NCBI GenBank assembly: GCA_963843735.1
Contig: CAWJLN010000001.1
Location: forward strand, 129,023-193,022
Direction of reading: 5' to 3'
DNA: 64,000 nt
From: an uncultured Gammaproteobacteria bacterium
GTDB lineage: Bacteria; Pseudomonadota; Gammaproteobacteria; JAKDMP01
The number at the start of each line of letters is the position of its first letter. The first letter of the stretch is position 1. Shown one piece after another: positions 22,048-33,429 of the stretch. The notes below the pieces were generated by a model that was given only the letters and a program-made list of their open reading frames with translations, did not search any database and was not told the origin of the DNA. Position numbers and translations under genes: made by a program.

Positions 22048-22695
22048 ATGTTGACGCGACTGAAACGCTGGTTCGTCTACGGACTTCTGATCTGGGTGCC
22101 GATCGCCATCACGGTGTTTGTCGTGCGCTTTCTGCTCGAACTGTTCGACAAGCTGCTCGGTTTCGTGCCCGCGCAATATCGGCCCGAGCATCTGTGGGGT
22201 TTCGGGATTCCGGGGCTCGGCCTGATGCTGGCGATCGTGCTGCTGATCATGACCGGGTTGCTTGCCAGCAATCTGGTGGGCCGCTTTGTCGTCGCCGGTC
22301 TGGATCGGCTGATGGCGCGGATCCCCTTCGTGCGCGCGATCTACGGCGGCTCGAAACAGGTCGCGGCGACCCTGTTCGCGGGCAAGACCCAGGCCTTTCG
22401 CCGCGCCGCGCTGGTGCCCTTCCCCACCCGGGGCGTCTACTCGATCGGCTTCATTACCTCGTCCCAACTGGGCGAGGTGCAGGAGAAGACCGGCGTCGAG
22501 GTCGTTTCGGTATTCGTGCCGACCACGCCCAATCCCACCTCGGGCTTCATCCTCCTGGTGCCGAAAGAGGACGTGACCGAACTGGAGATGACGGTCGAGG
22601 AGGCCCTGAAAATGATCGTGTCGCTGGGTGTGGTGGTGCCCGAATGGCCGCGCGTCGTGCGCGATCAGCTTGTCGCGGCGAAGGGCAACCGATAA
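22048..22695 (+). CDS. DUF502-family membrane protein
   Basis: N-terminal TM pair plus PTTPNPTSGF, the typical family string. Conserved position between fmdB and aspS. Confidence 0.75.
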   Translation: MLTRLKRWFVYGLLIWVPIAITVFVVRFLLELFDKLLGFVPAQYRPEHLWGFGIPGLGLMLAIVLLIMTGLLASNLVGRFVVAGLDRLMARIPFVRAIYGGSKQVAATLFAGKTQAFRRAALVPFPTRGVYSIGFITSSQLGEVQEKTGVEVVSVFVPTTPNPTSGFILLVPKEDVTELEMTVEEALKMIVSLGVVVPEWPRVVRDQLVAAKGNR

Positions 22696-22761
22696 AATGC
22701 CCTTATTCGCGGGCGCGTGAGCGACCCGATCCGATTCTTCCCCGACTGACGAGAATATTTG

Positions 22762-24531
22762 GTGCGCACGCATTCCTGTGGCGAGCTTGACGCCTCTCTG
22801 ATTGACCAGACGGTGACGCTCGCCGGCTGGGTGCATCGCCGCCGCGATCACGGCGGCGTCATCTTCGTGGACCTGCGCGATCGCTCGGGCCTCGTGCAGA
22901 TCGTGTTCGATCCGGACGCCGCGGAGAGTTTCGCGCAGGCCGAACGGCTGCGCGGCGAGTGGGTCATCGAAGTCGCCGGCCGCATTCGACATCGCCCCGA
23001 AGGCACCGAGAACGCCACACTCGCCACCGGCGAGATCGAGGTGCTCTGCGCGCGCATCGAGATTCTCGCCGCCGCGGCAACGCCGCCCTTTGTGCCCGAG
23101 GACGAGGACGTCGGCGAGGATCTGCGTCTGCGCTACCGCTACCTGGACCTGCGCCGTCCCGTGATGCAGGCGCGGCTTGCCGCGCGCCACCGCATCATCC
23201 GCGCGCTGCGCCGCTTTCTGGACGAGCAGAACTTCATCGAAGTGGAAACGCCCTGTCTCACCAAGGCGACGCCCGAGGGCGCGCGCGATTACCTGGTGCC
23301 CAGCCGTACGCATCCCGGCAAATTTTTCGCGCTGCCGCAATCGCCGCAGCTCTTCAAGCAACTGCTGATGATGGGTGGTCTCGAACGCTACTATCAGATT
23401 GCGCGTTGCTTCCGTGACGAGGATTTGCGCGCCGATCGGCAACCGGAGTTCACTCAGCTCGATATCGAAACCTCGTTCCTCGACGAGGACGCGATTACCG
23501 GCTTGATGGAGCGGATGCTGCGTGAACTGTTCCAGGCGGAACTGGGCGTGGACCTCGGCGAATTTCCGCGCCTGACTTATGCCGAGGCCGTGCGCCGCTA
23601 CGGCAGCGATCGCCCGGATTTGCGCATTCCGCTCGAACTGGTCGAGATCGCCGAGGCGGTGGCGGATTCGGACTTTAAGGTATTTTCCGCGCCGGCGAGC
23701 GATCCGCAAGGCCGTGTCGCGGCGCTGCGCCTGCCGGGCGGAGCCGCGCTCAGCCGCGGGCAGATTGACGGCTACACCGAGTTGGTCGCGCGCTACCGGG
23801 CGAAGGGACTCGCCTGGATCAAGGTCACGGACCGCGCGGCCGGGCGCGAAGGCTTGCAGTCGCCGATCGTGAAGTTCCTCTCCGATGCCGCACTCGAAAA
23901 AATCCTGGATGCCACCGAAGCCGCGAGCGGCGACATCCTGTTCTTCGGCGCCGGGGCGGCCGGGGTGGTAAACGAATCGCTGGGCGCGCTGCGCGTGCGC
24001 CTGGCCGAAGAGCAGGGACTGGTGCGCGAGGGATGGGCGCCGCTGTGGGTGGTGGATTTTCCGATGTTCGAATGGAATGCGGACGAGAAGCGCTGGCAGG
24101 CGCTGCACCATCCCTTTACCGCACCGGCGGGAGACGACGCGGAAACGCTCGCTGCCGCGCCGGGCGAGACGCTTTCGCGCGCTTACGACGTCGTGTTGAA
24201 CGGCTACGAGATCGGTGGCGGTTCGATCCGCATCCATCGTCCCGAAATGCAGCGCGCGGTGTTTGCCGTGCTCGGCATTGGCGCGGAAGAGGCCGAGGAA
24301 AAATTCGGCTTTCTCACCGAGGCGCTTAAATACGGCGCGCCTCCGCACGGCGGCATCGCCTTCGGACTGGATCGCCTGGTCATGCTGATGACCGGTGCGG
24401 CGAACATTCGCGAGGTGATCGCCTTCCCCAAGACCCAGACCGCGCAGGACCCGATGATGGGCGCGCCTGCCGGCGTGGACGCCAAGCAGCTTGCCGAACT
24501 CTCGATTCGTCTCAAGCCCGGCCTCGGCTGA
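22762..24531 (+). CDS. aspS: aspartate--tRNA ligase
   Basis: (M)[24 protein letters not shown], class II motifs ([33 protein letters not shown]). GTG 22762 is preferred over TTG 22759. Confidence 0.95.
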   Translation: MRTHSCGELDASLIDQTVTLAGWVHRRRDHGGVIFVDLRDRSGLVQIVFDPDAAESFAQAERLRGEWVIEVAGRIRHRPEGTENATLATGEIEVLCARIEILAAAATPPFVPEDEDVGEDLRLRYRYLDLRRPVMQARLAARHRIIRALRRFLDEQNFIEVETPCLTKATPEGARDYLVPSRTHPGKFFALPQSPQLFKQLLMMGGLERYYQIARCFRDEDLRADRQPEFTQLDIETSFLDEDAITGLMERMLRELFQAELGVDLGEFPRLTYAEAVRRYGSDRPDLRIPLELVEIAEAVADSDFKVFSAPASDPQGRVAALRLPGGAALSRGQIDGYTELVARYRAKGLAWIKVTDRAAGREGLQSPIVKFLSDAALEKILDATEAASGDILFFGAGAAGVVNESLGALRVRLAEEQGLVREGWAPLWVVDFPMFEWNADEKRWQALHHPFTAPAGDDAETLAAAPGETLSRAYDVVLNGYEIGGGSIRIHRPEMQRAVFAVLGIGAEEAEEKFGFLTEALKYGAPPHGGIAFGLDRLVMLMTGAANIREVIAFPKTQTAQDPMMGAPAGVDAKQLAELSIRLKPGLG

Positions 24532-24545
24532 GGTTGCTTCTTGTT

Positions 24546-24575
24546 CCTTCTCCCCTTGCGGGAGAGGGTGAGGGG
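24546..24575. repeat. single copy of the CCCTCACCC...CCCTCTCCC/GGGAGAGGG hairpin repeat family (inverted orientation)
   Basis: CCTTCTCCCCTTGCGGGAGAGGGTGAGGGG lies just after the aspS stop. The same motif recurs at 40481 and 41497 and, in the opposite orientation, in the 111/114-bp units. Confidence 0.7.
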
Positions 24576-24613
24576 TAGGCCGCAAAGCGGCGCAAGCGGC
24601 TTACCGAAGTTTC

Positions 24614-25753
24614 TCAGGCCTCAGGCGAGGCCGGTTTTCGATTCTTTGCGACGTCGTAAAACAGGTCTTCAAGACGCTGTAAATGACGTTCGCGATCGAA
24701 CCGTTCGCTTGCGATCCGTTGTCCGGCTTGAGCAAGCTTGCGCGCATACTCCGGATCGGTCGCGAGCCGGCGCAGTTGTTCGCTGAGCGCATCCACGTTT
24801 CCCACCGGGTAGGTCAGGCCCGTTTCACCGTCGGTGACGAATTCGAGCAGGCCGCCGGCGGCCGGACCGATTGCCGGCACTCCCATCAGCATGGCCTCCA
24901 CCAGCACCAGCCCGAGCGCCTCGCCCGAGGAGGGCATCACCACCACGTCGCAGCAGGCCATCGCCGGGCGGGCGTCCGCGAGCGTGCCGAGGAAGCGGAT
25001 GGGCCCGTCGAGACCGAGTTCCTTCACGCGGCGACGGATGCCGGCATCGTAGGCTGCATCCATCACGGGCCCGGCAAAGACCGCACCGGCGTTAATCCCC
25101 GTCGCGCGGAGTCCGGCGATGGCCTCAATCAATTCGTGCTGACCCTTGGCCGCCTCAATGCGGGAGAAGCAACCGGCAATGAAATCCGTTGCGCCCGGAC
25201 GAATTTCCTGGCAATTCATCGTATCGGCGGTGGGCGAAACGCCCGGCGGGAGCGCGCGGATGCGCTGCGGAGCGATCGGCAGACTCCGATGCGCCTTCGC
25301 CGAAAGTTGTTCGGTGATGGTGATCAGGCGATCCACCCGCGCGAACATGTAGCGATGCGCGGGACTTTTCTGGCGGTTGCGCGTGATCAGCATGTGGCGG
25401 GTGTAAACGAGCGCCGGCGCGTCTTCGGCATGGCGCTTTGCCATGACGGCGAGCGGCAGGTCGGCGCTGCGGTGGATATGGAGAACGTCGGCATCGCGGG
25501 CAAGACGCGCGAGTTTGCGAGCGCCGTGCCAGGGCATGAGGCGGGAGTGATCCAGGGTAAGCGCCGACGGCTGGCCGGTACGGTTCGCGAATTCGCTCCC
25601 GGCCCGCGCGACCACGATAAGCCGATGTCCGCGTTCGCGCAATGCGGGCACCAGTTCCGCGGCGTAGTGTTCGAGCCCGCCGCGCCCGTCGGAGAGGCAA
25701 AGCTCGATAATGGTGAGCGGGCGGCGGGGTATTTCGCTCGGTGCGGCTGACAC
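24614..25753 (-). CDS. glycosyltransferase, GT4 (GT-B) family
   Basis: C-terminal EX7E-type region (MPSSGEALGLVLVEAMLMGVPAIG) and N-terminal GGLEHY. The start is uncertain: GTG 25753 avoids overlap with the divergent hydrolase, whereas the ORF-track start is TTG 25786. Confidence 0.75.
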   Translation of the reverse strand: MSAAPSEIPRRPLTIIELCLSDGRGGLEHYAAELVPALRERGHRLIVVARAGSEFANRTGQPSALTLDHSRLMPWHGARKLARLARDADVLHIHRSADLPLAVMAKRHAEDAPALVYTRHMLITRNRQKSPAHRYMFARVDRLITITEQLSAKAHRSLPIAPQRIRALPPGVSPTADTMNCQEIRPGATDFIAGCFSRIEAAKGQHELIEAIAGLRATGINAGAVFAGPVMDAAYDAGIRRRVKELGLDGPIRFLGTLADARPAMACCDVVVMPSSGEALGLVLVEAMLMGVPAIGPAAGGLLEFVTDGETGLTYPVGNVDALSEQLRRLATDPEYARKLAQAGQRIASERFDRERHLQRLEDLFYDVAKNRKPASPEA

Positions 25754-25764
25754 GGTTAAAGACA

Positions 25765-26433
25765 ATGTCCGAAGATGGCGGGTCAATTATAGAGAGCGGG
25801 ACGCTGAAGCGCTCCGCGGTTCTGTATGTGCACGGCCTGTTCATGACCGGGCGCGAAGGTTTCGTGCTTGCCCGTCGGCTGCGCCGTCACGGCATTCGCT
25901 GGGAGCGCTTCGTGTATTCCTCGCGGCGCGAGGCGCCTTTGCAGGTGGCGGATCGGCTCGCCGCACGGCTTGCCGCCGAACCCGAATTGAATCTCGTCGG
26001 CCACAGTCTGGGCGGCGTGATCGTTGCGCACGCGCTTGCCGGGTCGCCCGACTGGCGTGGTCGCGCCGTGCTTCTCGGCGCGCCGTTTGCGGGCAGCGAC
26101 ACGGCGCGGCGCGCGGCGCGTTTGCCGGGCGGCCGTCGCCTGCTCGGCGCCGGCGGGCGATTTCTCGCGGGAGAGCTGGCGCAGACATCGGCATCGCGCC
26201 GGGTGATGGTAATCGCCGGCGTACGCAATATCGGCATCGGGCGTTTGATCGGAGCCTGTGCGCCACCGGGCGACGGGCAGGTGCGGCTTGCGGAAACCCG
26301 GCTCGCCGGCGCCGTGCACCGGCTCGCGCGCCGGGGACATGTGGCGCTCCTGTTCGATCGTTTTGTAGCCGAGGCTTGCGCCGCATTCATCCGCGACGGC
26401 CGCTCTTGTCCGGCGCATCGGCGAGGCGGGTAG
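25765..26433 (+). CDS. alpha/beta-hydrolase fold protein
   Basis: VLYVHGLFMTG and the nucleophile elbow GHSLGG. Start taken at ATG 25765. Confidence 0.6.
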   Translation: MSEDGGSIIESGTLKRSAVLYVHGLFMTGREGFVLARRLRRHGIRWERFVYSSRREAPLQVADRLAARLAAEPELNLVGHSLGGVIVAHALAGSPDWRGRAVLLGAPFAGSDTARRAARLPGGRRLLGAGGRFLAGELAQTSASRRVMVIAGVRNIGIGRLIGACAPPGDGQVRLAETRLAGAVHRLARRGHVALLFDRFVAEACAAFIRDGRSCPAHRRGG

Positions 26434-26634
26434 GAGCGGGACCATGCCCGTGATCCCTCCTGGCACGATGAAAACCAATAGAGTCGCGGCTGAAGCCGCT
26501 CCCACCCGAATCATTGCCGGAATCGCGGCAGGGACCGCCACTCCTACGATGGAGGCTGGGGTAGGAGCGGTCGTCCCGGCCGCGATTGCGGCGGTGGGGT
26601 TTTGCGCAGAATCGCGGGCATGGCCCGCTCCTAC
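26430..26634. repeat. cluster of four REP-type elements (GTAGGAGCGG-N-CCGCGAT) in alternating orientation
   Basis: Copies at 26430..26454 (+), 26522..26547 (-), 26561..26586 (+) and 26611..26634 (-). The same family occurs at 36432..36498 and 36893..36963. Confidence 0.8.
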
Positions 26635-26709
26635 CATTTCATTCGTCATTATGGGGTGCCCGCGCTCACGTTTCGTCATTCCGGGGCTCCCGCAGGGAGA
26701 ACCCGGACT

Positions 26710-26782
26710 GCGAAGGCGGAACGCCGAAGCGAACATGCGCGAAGCGCATGGCCCGAAGGGCGAGCGACTCAGGTCGCGAGTA
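26710..26782 (+). repeat. diverged fifth copy of the four-hairpin element family seen in the tRNA genes
   Basis: ...AAC-ATGCGC-GAA-GCGCAT-GGCCCGAAGGGCGA-GCGAC-TCAG-GTCGC-GAGTA|ATC matches stems 2-4 and the terminal GAGTA of copies A-D. The 5' hairpin is not conserved and there is no tRNA context. Confidence 0.45.
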
Positions 26783-26931
26783 ATCTTTCCGCAACGAAGG
26801 CGACACATCGGTGCCGCCGTAAACCCCAGACAAGATTACGCAAACCGCCCATGGTTTGCGTCCTTCGGGCCAGCGCCGAAACGGCGCTGTTCAATCCGTT
26901 CCATACGGACACGTCCGGAATGACGAGATGG

Positions 26932-29490
26932 CTATAAAAGCTTTTTCAATTCGTAGAGGAGATCGAGTGCGCCGCGCGGACTGAGCGCATCGGGGTCGAG
27001 TTCGGCCAGCCGTTCGCGCAGCGGATCGGGACGCGCTGCAATTGCTGCGGAGGTAAACATTTCCGTCTGCGCGGCGGGATGCGGTCGGCTTGCTTCCAGC
27101 TCGGCAAGATGTTTGCGCGCGCGTTCGATGACGCTGCGCGGCACGCCCGCGAGGCGCGCAACCTCGAGGCCGTAGCTCTGGCGCGCGGGGCCTTCGCGCA
27201 CGCTGTAGAGAAACGCGAGCCCGCCGGCGTGTTCGCGCGCTTCCACATGGGCGTTGGCGACGCCGGCTAGCATTTCGGGCAGATCGGTCAACTCGAAGTA
27301 ATGCGTCGCAAAGAGGGTGAGCGCACCGCGCGCCGCGAGCGCTTCCGCCACGGCGCGGGCAAGCGAGATGCCGTCGTAGGTGCCGGTGCCGCGCCCGATC
27401 TCGTCCATGATGAGGAGGCTCTCGGGCGTTGCCGTATTCAGGATGCGCGCGGTTTCCACCATCTCGACCATGAAAGTCGAGCGGCCGCGGGCAAGATCGT
27501 CGGCGGCACCGATGCGGCTTGCAATGCGGTCAATCGGGCCGATCGTGACGCGGCTTGCGGGCACGAAACTGCCGATGTGCGCAAGCAGCACGATGAGCGC
27601 CGCCTGGCGCATGTAGGTGGATTTGCCGCCCATGTTGGGGCCGGTGAGAATCAGCATGCGCCGCTCGGCGTCGAGCGCGAGATCGTTGGGGACGAAGGGC
27701 GCGCTCTGCGCCGCTTCCACCACCGGATGGCGTCCGCCTTCGATCGCAAGGCCCGGCGCGTCGCCGAACTCCGGGCGCACCCAATCGAGCGCGCGGGCGC
27801 GTTCGGCAAGCGTCGCCAGCACGTCGAGTTCGGCCAAGGCGTGGGCGAGTGCGCGCAGCGTTGCGAGGTCGGCCGCGACGCGGGCCACCAGCGCCGCATA
27901 GAGGGTGCGTTCGCGCGCCCGCGCCCGTTCGCGTGCCGACAGCACCTCGTTCTCGAAGCGCTTGAGTTCGGGCGTGACGTAGCGTTCCGCGTGCTTGAGC
28001 GTCTGGCGCCGGGTGTATTCCACGGGTGCGCGTTCGGCGTCGCGGCGCGCGAGTTCGATGTAGTAGCCGTGTACGCGGTTGTAGCCGACCTTGAGGTTCG
28101 CGAGGCCGCTGCGTTCGCGTTCGCTGCGTTCGAACGCGAGCATGCGTGCGCCCGCGTCCTCGTCCATCGCGCGCGCTTCGTCGAGCGCCTCGTCGTAGCC
28201 GCCGGCGATCACCTCGCCGTCTTTGAGCGCGGCGGGCGGATTTTCCAGCAATGCGCGCGCGAGTTCGGCAGAGAGATCGGGATGCGGATCGAGAGACGCG
28301 GCGAGCGGCGCAAGCCGACCCGCAAGCGGCGGCGTCAACTGTTCGCCAATCGCGGGAATGCGTGCGAGCGCGTCGCGCAGACGCGCGAGATCGCGCGGCG
28401 TCGCCGTGCCGAGTGCGGCGCGCGTGAGGATGCGTTCGAGATCGCCCAGGCCGCGCAGGCCGTCGCGCAACGCCGCCAGGCTTTCGCCGTGCATGAGCGA
28501 TTCGACGGCGTCGAGGCGTTCGTTCAGGGCTTCCCGGTCGCGCAGCGGTTCGCGCAGACGGCGCCGGAGCAGGCGTGCGCCCATCGGCGTCACGCTGCGA
28601 TCGAGAACGCCGAGCAGCGTCAGTCCGTCGGCGCCGGAGAGATTCTCCTCGATTTCCAGATTGCGCCGCGTGGTCGCGTCCACGATGAGACCCTTTTCGG
28701 GGCGCAGGCGGATCAGGCGGTCGAGTTGCGGAAGCGACGCCGTGCCGGTCTCGGCGGCGTAGGCGAGGAGAGCTCCCGCGGCGCCGAGCGCGGCGCTCAA
28801 ATCCTCGGCATCGTAGCCGGCGAGATCGGCTACGCCGAACTGGCGCGTGAGGGCCTTGCGCCCGTTTGCGGGATCGAAATGCCAGGGCGGGCGTTGGCGC
28901 AAGGCATGGCGTCCGGGAACGGCCGCTTTGCGATCTTCGGCGGCGAGGAGTTCCGCCGGCGCCGCCGCGACAAGCGCGGCGTCCCGTTCATCGGCGCTTG
29001 CGTATTCGGCAAGCGTCAGTTCGCCGCCGGCAAGATCGAGCGTTGCCAGCCCGAAACGCTCGTCCGTGCGGGCGAGTGCCGCGACCAGCACTGCGTCGCT
29101 TGCATCGAGGAGCGCCTCGTCGGTCACGGTGCCGGGCGAAAGTATGCGCGTCACCTCGCGGCGCATCGGCCCATTGCCGTCGGCTTCGCCGACCTGTTCG
29201 GCAATCACCACCCGCTCGCCGCGTTCGAGCAGGCGCGCGAGATAATTCTCCACCGCATGCACCGGAACGCCCGCCATCGGAATCGGCGCGCCCGCCGATT
29301 CGCCGCGCGTGGTGAGCATGATGCCGAGGCGTTCCGAAGCGCGGCGTGCGTCCTCGTAGAAGAGTTCGTAGAAATCACCCATCCGGTAGAACAGGAGGTC
29401 TTCGGGATGCTCGGCCTTGATGGCGAGGTACTGGCGCATCATCGGCGTGTGCTCGCCGCCGGGCGCTGCGGACGGGCGCGCCCGGCTCAT
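26932..29490 (-). CDS. mutS: DNA mismatch repair protein MutS
   Basis: [44 protein letters not shown], Walker [10 protein letters not shown]. The ORF-track N-terminal extension to 30114 was rejected. Confidence 0.95.
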   Translation of the reverse strand: MSRARPSAAPGGEHTPMMRQYLAIKAEHPEDLLFYRMGDFYELFYEDARRASERLGIMLTTRGESAGAPIPMAGVPVHAVENYLARLLERGERVVIAEQVGEADGNGPMRREVTRILSPGTVTDEALLDASDAVLVAALARTDERFGLATLDLAGGELTLAEYASADERDAALVAAAPAELLAAEDRKAAVPGRHALRQRPPWHFDPANGRKALTRQFGVADLAGYDAEDLSAALGAAGALLAYAAETGTASLPQLDRLIRLRPEKGLIVDATTRRNLEIEENLSGADGLTLLGVLDRSVTPMGARLLRRRLREPLRDREALNERLDAVESLMHGESLAALRDGLRGLGDLERILTRAALGTATPRDLARLRDALARIPAIGEQLTPPLAGRLAPLAASLDPHPDLSAELARALLENPPAALKDGEVIAGGYDEALDEARAMDEDAGARMLAFERSERERSGLANLKVGYNRVHGYYIELARRDAERAPVEYTRRQTLKHAERYVTPELKRFENEVLSARERARARERTLYAALVARVAADLATLRALAHALAELDVLATLAERARALDWVRPEFGDAPGLAIEGGRHPVVEAAQSAPFVPNDLALDAERRMLILTGPNMGGKSTYMRQAALIVLLAHIGSFVPASRVTIGPIDRIASRIGAADDLARGRSTFMVEMVETARILNTATPESLLIMDEIGRGTGTYDGISLARAVAEALAARGALTLFATHYFELTDLPEMLAGVANAHVEAREHAGGLAFLYSVREGPARQSYGLEVARLAGVPRSVIERARKHLAELEASRPHPAAQTEMFTSAAIAARPDPLRERLAELDPDALSPRGALDLLYELKKLL

Positions 29491-29538
29491 GGCTTCGGGA
29501 TCGCGCGGCAGGTCGTAAAATCGGAAGGATAATCGCTC

Positions 29539-30054
29539 ATGGCGGGTCAATGTAGCATGCGGAATCCGGCAGTCGGGAACGACGATGCCGCCCTGGGCGC
29601 CCTCGCCGAACGCGTCGGTGCGCGGGCGCTCGCGGTGGGCGTGACGATTGCCGCCGCCGAATCCTGCACCGGCGGCTGGATCGCCAAGTGCCTGACCGAC
29701 ATCCCCGGCAGTTCGCAATGGTTCCGCGCGGGACTCGTCGTCTATTCGAATGCGGCGAAGACGGCGCTTCTGGGGGTGCCGGAAGCCCTCGTCGCCGAGT
29801 GCGGTGCGGTGTCCGAGGCGGTTGCCCGTGCGATGGCTGAAGGCGCGCTCGGAGCCGCCGGCGCCGATCGGGCGGTCGCCGTCACCGGCATTGCCGGGCC
29901 GGATGGCGGCACGGCGGAGAAGCCGGTCGGCACCGTATGGTTTGCCTGGGCGGCGCGCGGCGACGCAACGCACAGCGTGCTCGGGTATTTCGAGGGCGGG
30001 CGCGAGGCGATCCGCCGCGCTGCCGTAGCGTGCGCCTTGCAGCGGTTTGCTTGA
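29539..30054 (+). CDS. pncC: nicotinamide-nucleotide amidohydrolase (CinA C-terminal domain family)
   Basis: [24 protein letters not shown] and [10 protein letters not shown]. Confidence 0.85.
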   Translation: MAGQCSMRNPAVGNDDAALGALAERVGARALAVGVTIAAAESCTGGWIAKCLTDIPGSSQWFRAGLVVYSNAAKTALLGVPEALVAECGAVSEAVARAMAEGALGAAGADRAVAVTGIAGPDGGTAEKPVGTVWFAWAARGDATHSVLGYFEGGREAIRRAAVACALQRFA

Positions 30055-30073
30055 GCGAGTTTGAAGGTCCCGC

Positions 30074-30609
30074 CGACTGTTTTTTGCGCTGTGGCCGGAT
30101 GCGGCAAGCCGCACGGCGATTCGATGCGCGACGCGGCAAGCGGTACGTCTCGCCGGCGGTCGCCCGGTACCGGCCGCGAATTATCACCTGACGCTGGCCT
30201 TTCTCGGCGAGCAAGCGGCGGCGCTATCTGCCCGCCATACTCGAGGCCGGCGCCGGGCTCGCGCCGCCGAGCGGGGTGCTGCGCCTCGATCGGCTCGGAT
30301 GTTTCGAGCACGCGCGAGTGCTCTGGCTGGGGCCGGAGCGCACGCCGACCGGCGCTGCGCCGCATGGTGCGCACGCTGTGGGAGTCGCTTGCCGGGCTGG
30401 ATATCGGGCAGGAACGGCGCGCGTTTGCGGCGCATCTCACGCTGGCGCGCAAGGTGGATCGGGCGCCGGAGGTTCCGGTCCGCGCAGTGATCTGGCGCTA
30501 CGGCGGTTTCGCGCTGATCGAGAGCGTCCCGGCCGCGCAGGGACCGCGCTATCAGGTCGTTGCCCGATGGTCGGCGGCGGCCGACGCAGGTGCATGGCCT
30601 GTGGAATAA
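30074..30609 (+). pseudogene. thpR: RNA 2',3'-cyclic phosphodiesterase (2'-5' RNA ligase, ThpR/LigT family) spread over three frames
   Basis: Frame 1: RLFFALWPD...[16 protein letters not shown]. Frame 2: [42 protein letters not shown]. Frame 3: [35 protein letters not shown]... Both HxTx motifs are present. The shifts lie near 30215-30225 and 30340-30360. No canonical start codon was found. Confidence 0.6.
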
Positions 30610-30640
30610 TGGCCGTCTGTTTTCTGCGATGAGGTGAGGG

Positions 30641-31652
<1,012 letters not shown>

Positions 31653-31672
<20 letters not shown>

Positions 31673-32127
31673 GGAAGACTCGCCGCCGGATGCACGGGCA
31701 ATCGCCGCGCGCCTGCTTGCGCGCCGCGAACATAGCCGCGCCGAGCTTGCCGCCAAGCTCCTGAAGCGCGGCGTAGCGGAAGACGAGTGCGCCCGGGTGC
31801 TGATTCGCCTGGAGGCGGCAGGCGCGCTTTCCGAGGCCCGCTTTGTGAGAATCGCTCGCCGCTTCGCGCCTGCGCCAGGGCTATGGGCCGGCGCGCATCC
31901 GCGCCGACCTTGTCGCTCGCGGTGTTGATCCTTCCGCCGCCGATTCCGTACTGGCCTTCGACGACGAGGAATGGGCGGCGCGCGCCGAGGCTGCGCGCCG
32001 TCGCCACTTCGGCGGCGACGTTCCCAACGAACAGGCCGCACGCGCGCGCCAGGCGCGCTTTCTCGAACGCCGCGGCTACGCCGCCGCCCACATCGGCCGC
32101 GTCCTGCGCGGCGGAATCGAAACGTGA
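31653..32127 (+). pseudogene. recX: recombination regulator RecX with an apparent +1 insertion near 31848 (or sequencing error)
   Basis: Frame 0: ...AIAARLLARREHSRAELAAKLLKRGVAEDECARVLIRLEAAGALSEARFV. Frame +1: ESLAASRLRQGYGPARIRADLVARGVDPS...RGYAAAHIGRVLRGGIET*. Deleting the A at 31848 joins FV-ESLAAS. The start is tentative (TTG 31653). Confidence 0.7.
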
Positions 32128-32193
32128 GGTTTTTGCTTGCATCAAACGGCAAATTTAGCTAACATTAGCTAATGCCGTAACGGGAGATACGCA

Positions 32194-32454
32194 GTGACAA
32201 AATCGTCCGGCGATGCGTTGCAAATCAACATGCACGAAGCCAAGTCGAGCCTGTCGCGCCTGGGTGTTTTGGCGTGGGAGGGCAGACGTATCGTGATTGC
32301 CAAGGCCGGTAAACCCTATTTGGATTTGATTCCGCATCGCGAGCCCGCCAAGCAGCGCCGACCCGGACGCTACGCGGGGGAAATCGTCCTGGCCGAAGAC
32401 TTTGACGCCACTTCGCCGGAGTTGATCGCCGCATTTGAGGGCGACGAGCGGTGA
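32194..32454 (+). CDS. type II antitoxin, Phd/YefM (prevent-host-death) type, partner of VapC
   Basis: 86 aa, INMHEAKSSLSRL...VIAKAGKPYLDLIP. GTG start with a GGGAGA RBS. Its stop overlaps the toxin start (GTGA). Confidence 0.7.
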   Translation: MTKSSGDALQINMHEAKSSLSRLGVLAWEGRRIVIAKAGKPYLDLIPHREPAKQRRPGRYAGEIVLAEDFDATSPELIAAFEGDER

Positions 32455-32837
32455 GGCGGCTGTTGCTCGACACGCATGTTTTTCTCTGGTGGCTGGCCGA
32501 CGATCCGGCGCTTGGCGGGGAAACGCGCGCGGTGATCGGCGCCGGCGACAATACAGTTTTTGTAAGTGCCGTTACCGGCTGGGAGATCGCCATCAAGCGC
32601 GCGCTGGGCAAGCTTCAGGCGCCGGACGGCCTTAACGATGCGGTTAGCGGGGAAGGCTTTACGCATCTGCCGATGACTTTTCTTCACGGCGAGCGTGCCG
32701 GTGCGCTTCCGCTTCATCATCGCGACCCCTTCGATCGCATGCTGATAGCGCAGGCCGAGATCGAAGCGCTCGAGCTCGTGAGTGCCGATTCGCGAATGGG
32801 CCTTTATGCCGTCAATCTGCTTTCCGCCGGCGGTTGA
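32451..32837 (+). CDS. vapC: type II toxin, PIN-domain VapC family
   Basis: LLLDTHVFLWW (N-terminal acidic D), SAVTGWEIAIK and HRDPFDRMLIAQA; 128 aa. Confidence 0.85.
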   Translation: MRRLLLDTHVFLWWLADDPALGGETRAVIGAGDNTVFVSAVTGWEIAIKRALGKLQAPDGLNDAVSGEGFTHLPMTFLHGERAGALPLHHRDPFDRMLIAQAEIEALELVSADSRMGLYAVNLLSAGG

Positions 32838-32865
32838 TCCGGGCCGCGAGGAATATTGCCGACAG

Positions 32866-33095
32866 TCCAGTTCCTCACGGACAATCCCGAGCTGGCCGAC
32901 AAGCTCGAGCACCGCGGCGTGCCGGGCGTGGAAATCGAACGGGTGCTGGACCGTCTCGAAGCGCAGGGGCTGCTTTCCGAGGCGCGCTTCATCGAGCAGT
33001 TTGTCGTCCTGCGGCTGCGCCAGGACTACGGGCCGTTCCGCATCCGCGGCGATTTCGCCGCCCACATCGGCCGCGTCTTTCGCGGTGAGATCGGA
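32866..33095 (+). pseudogene. decayed, internally deleted duplicate of the recA 3' end fused to recX fragments
   Basis: QFLTDNPELADKLE corresponds to rec[43 protein letters not shown]...RLRQDYGPFRIR corresponds to recX RGVAEDECARVLIRLEAAGALSEARFVE...RLRQGYGPARIR. AAHIGRVFRG corresponds to the recX C-terminus AAHIGRVLRG. Nucleotide similarity is visible but diverged. Confidence 0.65.
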
Positions 33096-33180
33096 GAACG
33101 AGCGGGATCGCGCGGGTAGCCCGCTTCGGGCTTGCGCAGAGATGCCGTAGAATAGCAATGTACATGTATTGCGCTTTGCG

Positions 33181-33429
33181 ATGAAAGCAACCGAAAACCT
33201 GAAGCCTGTGACTTATCGCATCCCGCCGGAACTGGATCGGCGGCTGGGAGAGGTGGCGCAGCGCACCGGGCGCAGCAAGTCTTATTACATCCGACGCGCT
33301 CTTGACGAATGGCTGGAGGATCGCGAAGACTACCTTGCGGCGCTCACGGTGCTTGAACGGGTCGAAAGCGGCGAAGAACGCATCTACCCGCTGGACGAGG
33401 TGGAGCGAGAGCTTGGGTTGGCGGATTGA
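33181..33429 (+). CDS. type II antitoxin, ribbon-helix-helix (RelB/ParD/CopG-like)
   Basis: [37 protein letters not shown] (RHH signature); 82 aa. It overlaps the toxin start. Confidence 0.75.
   Translation: MKATENLKPVTYRIPPELDRRLGEVAQRTGRSKSYYIRRALDEWLEDREDYLAALTVLERVESGEERIYPLDEVERELGLAD

Noticed and set aside
21559-24585. 1008-aa minus-strand ORF, the longest in the track
   Set aside because: It lies antisense to three well-supported plus-strand genes (fmdB, DUF502, aspS). Its sequence is Arg/Ala/Gly-rich and low in complexity, which is typical of stop-free antisense frames in high-GC DNA.
26444-26923. 159-aa ORF and neighbours in the hydrolase-mutS gap
   Set aside because: Their sequence is the translation of REP copies and of four-hairpin element copy E (for example ...AGIAAGTATPTMEAGVGAVVPAAIAAV...). 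There is no coding evidence.
27301-29532. 743-aa plus-strand ORF
   Set aside because: It is antisense to mutS and has no motifs. This is a high-GC artefact. The same reasoning applies to 326..1810(+), 5526..6641(-), 7475..8674(+), 7665..8912(-), 15407..16504(-), 16937..17959(+), 18633..19859(+), 19705..20712(+), 30437..32152(-) and 34845..36485(-).
29491-30114. N-terminal 208-aa extension of the mutS ORF (track start 30114)
   Set aside because: The conserved MutS N-terminus ([13 protein letters not shown]) begins just after ATG 29490. The extension also overlaps the divergent pncC and thpR region.
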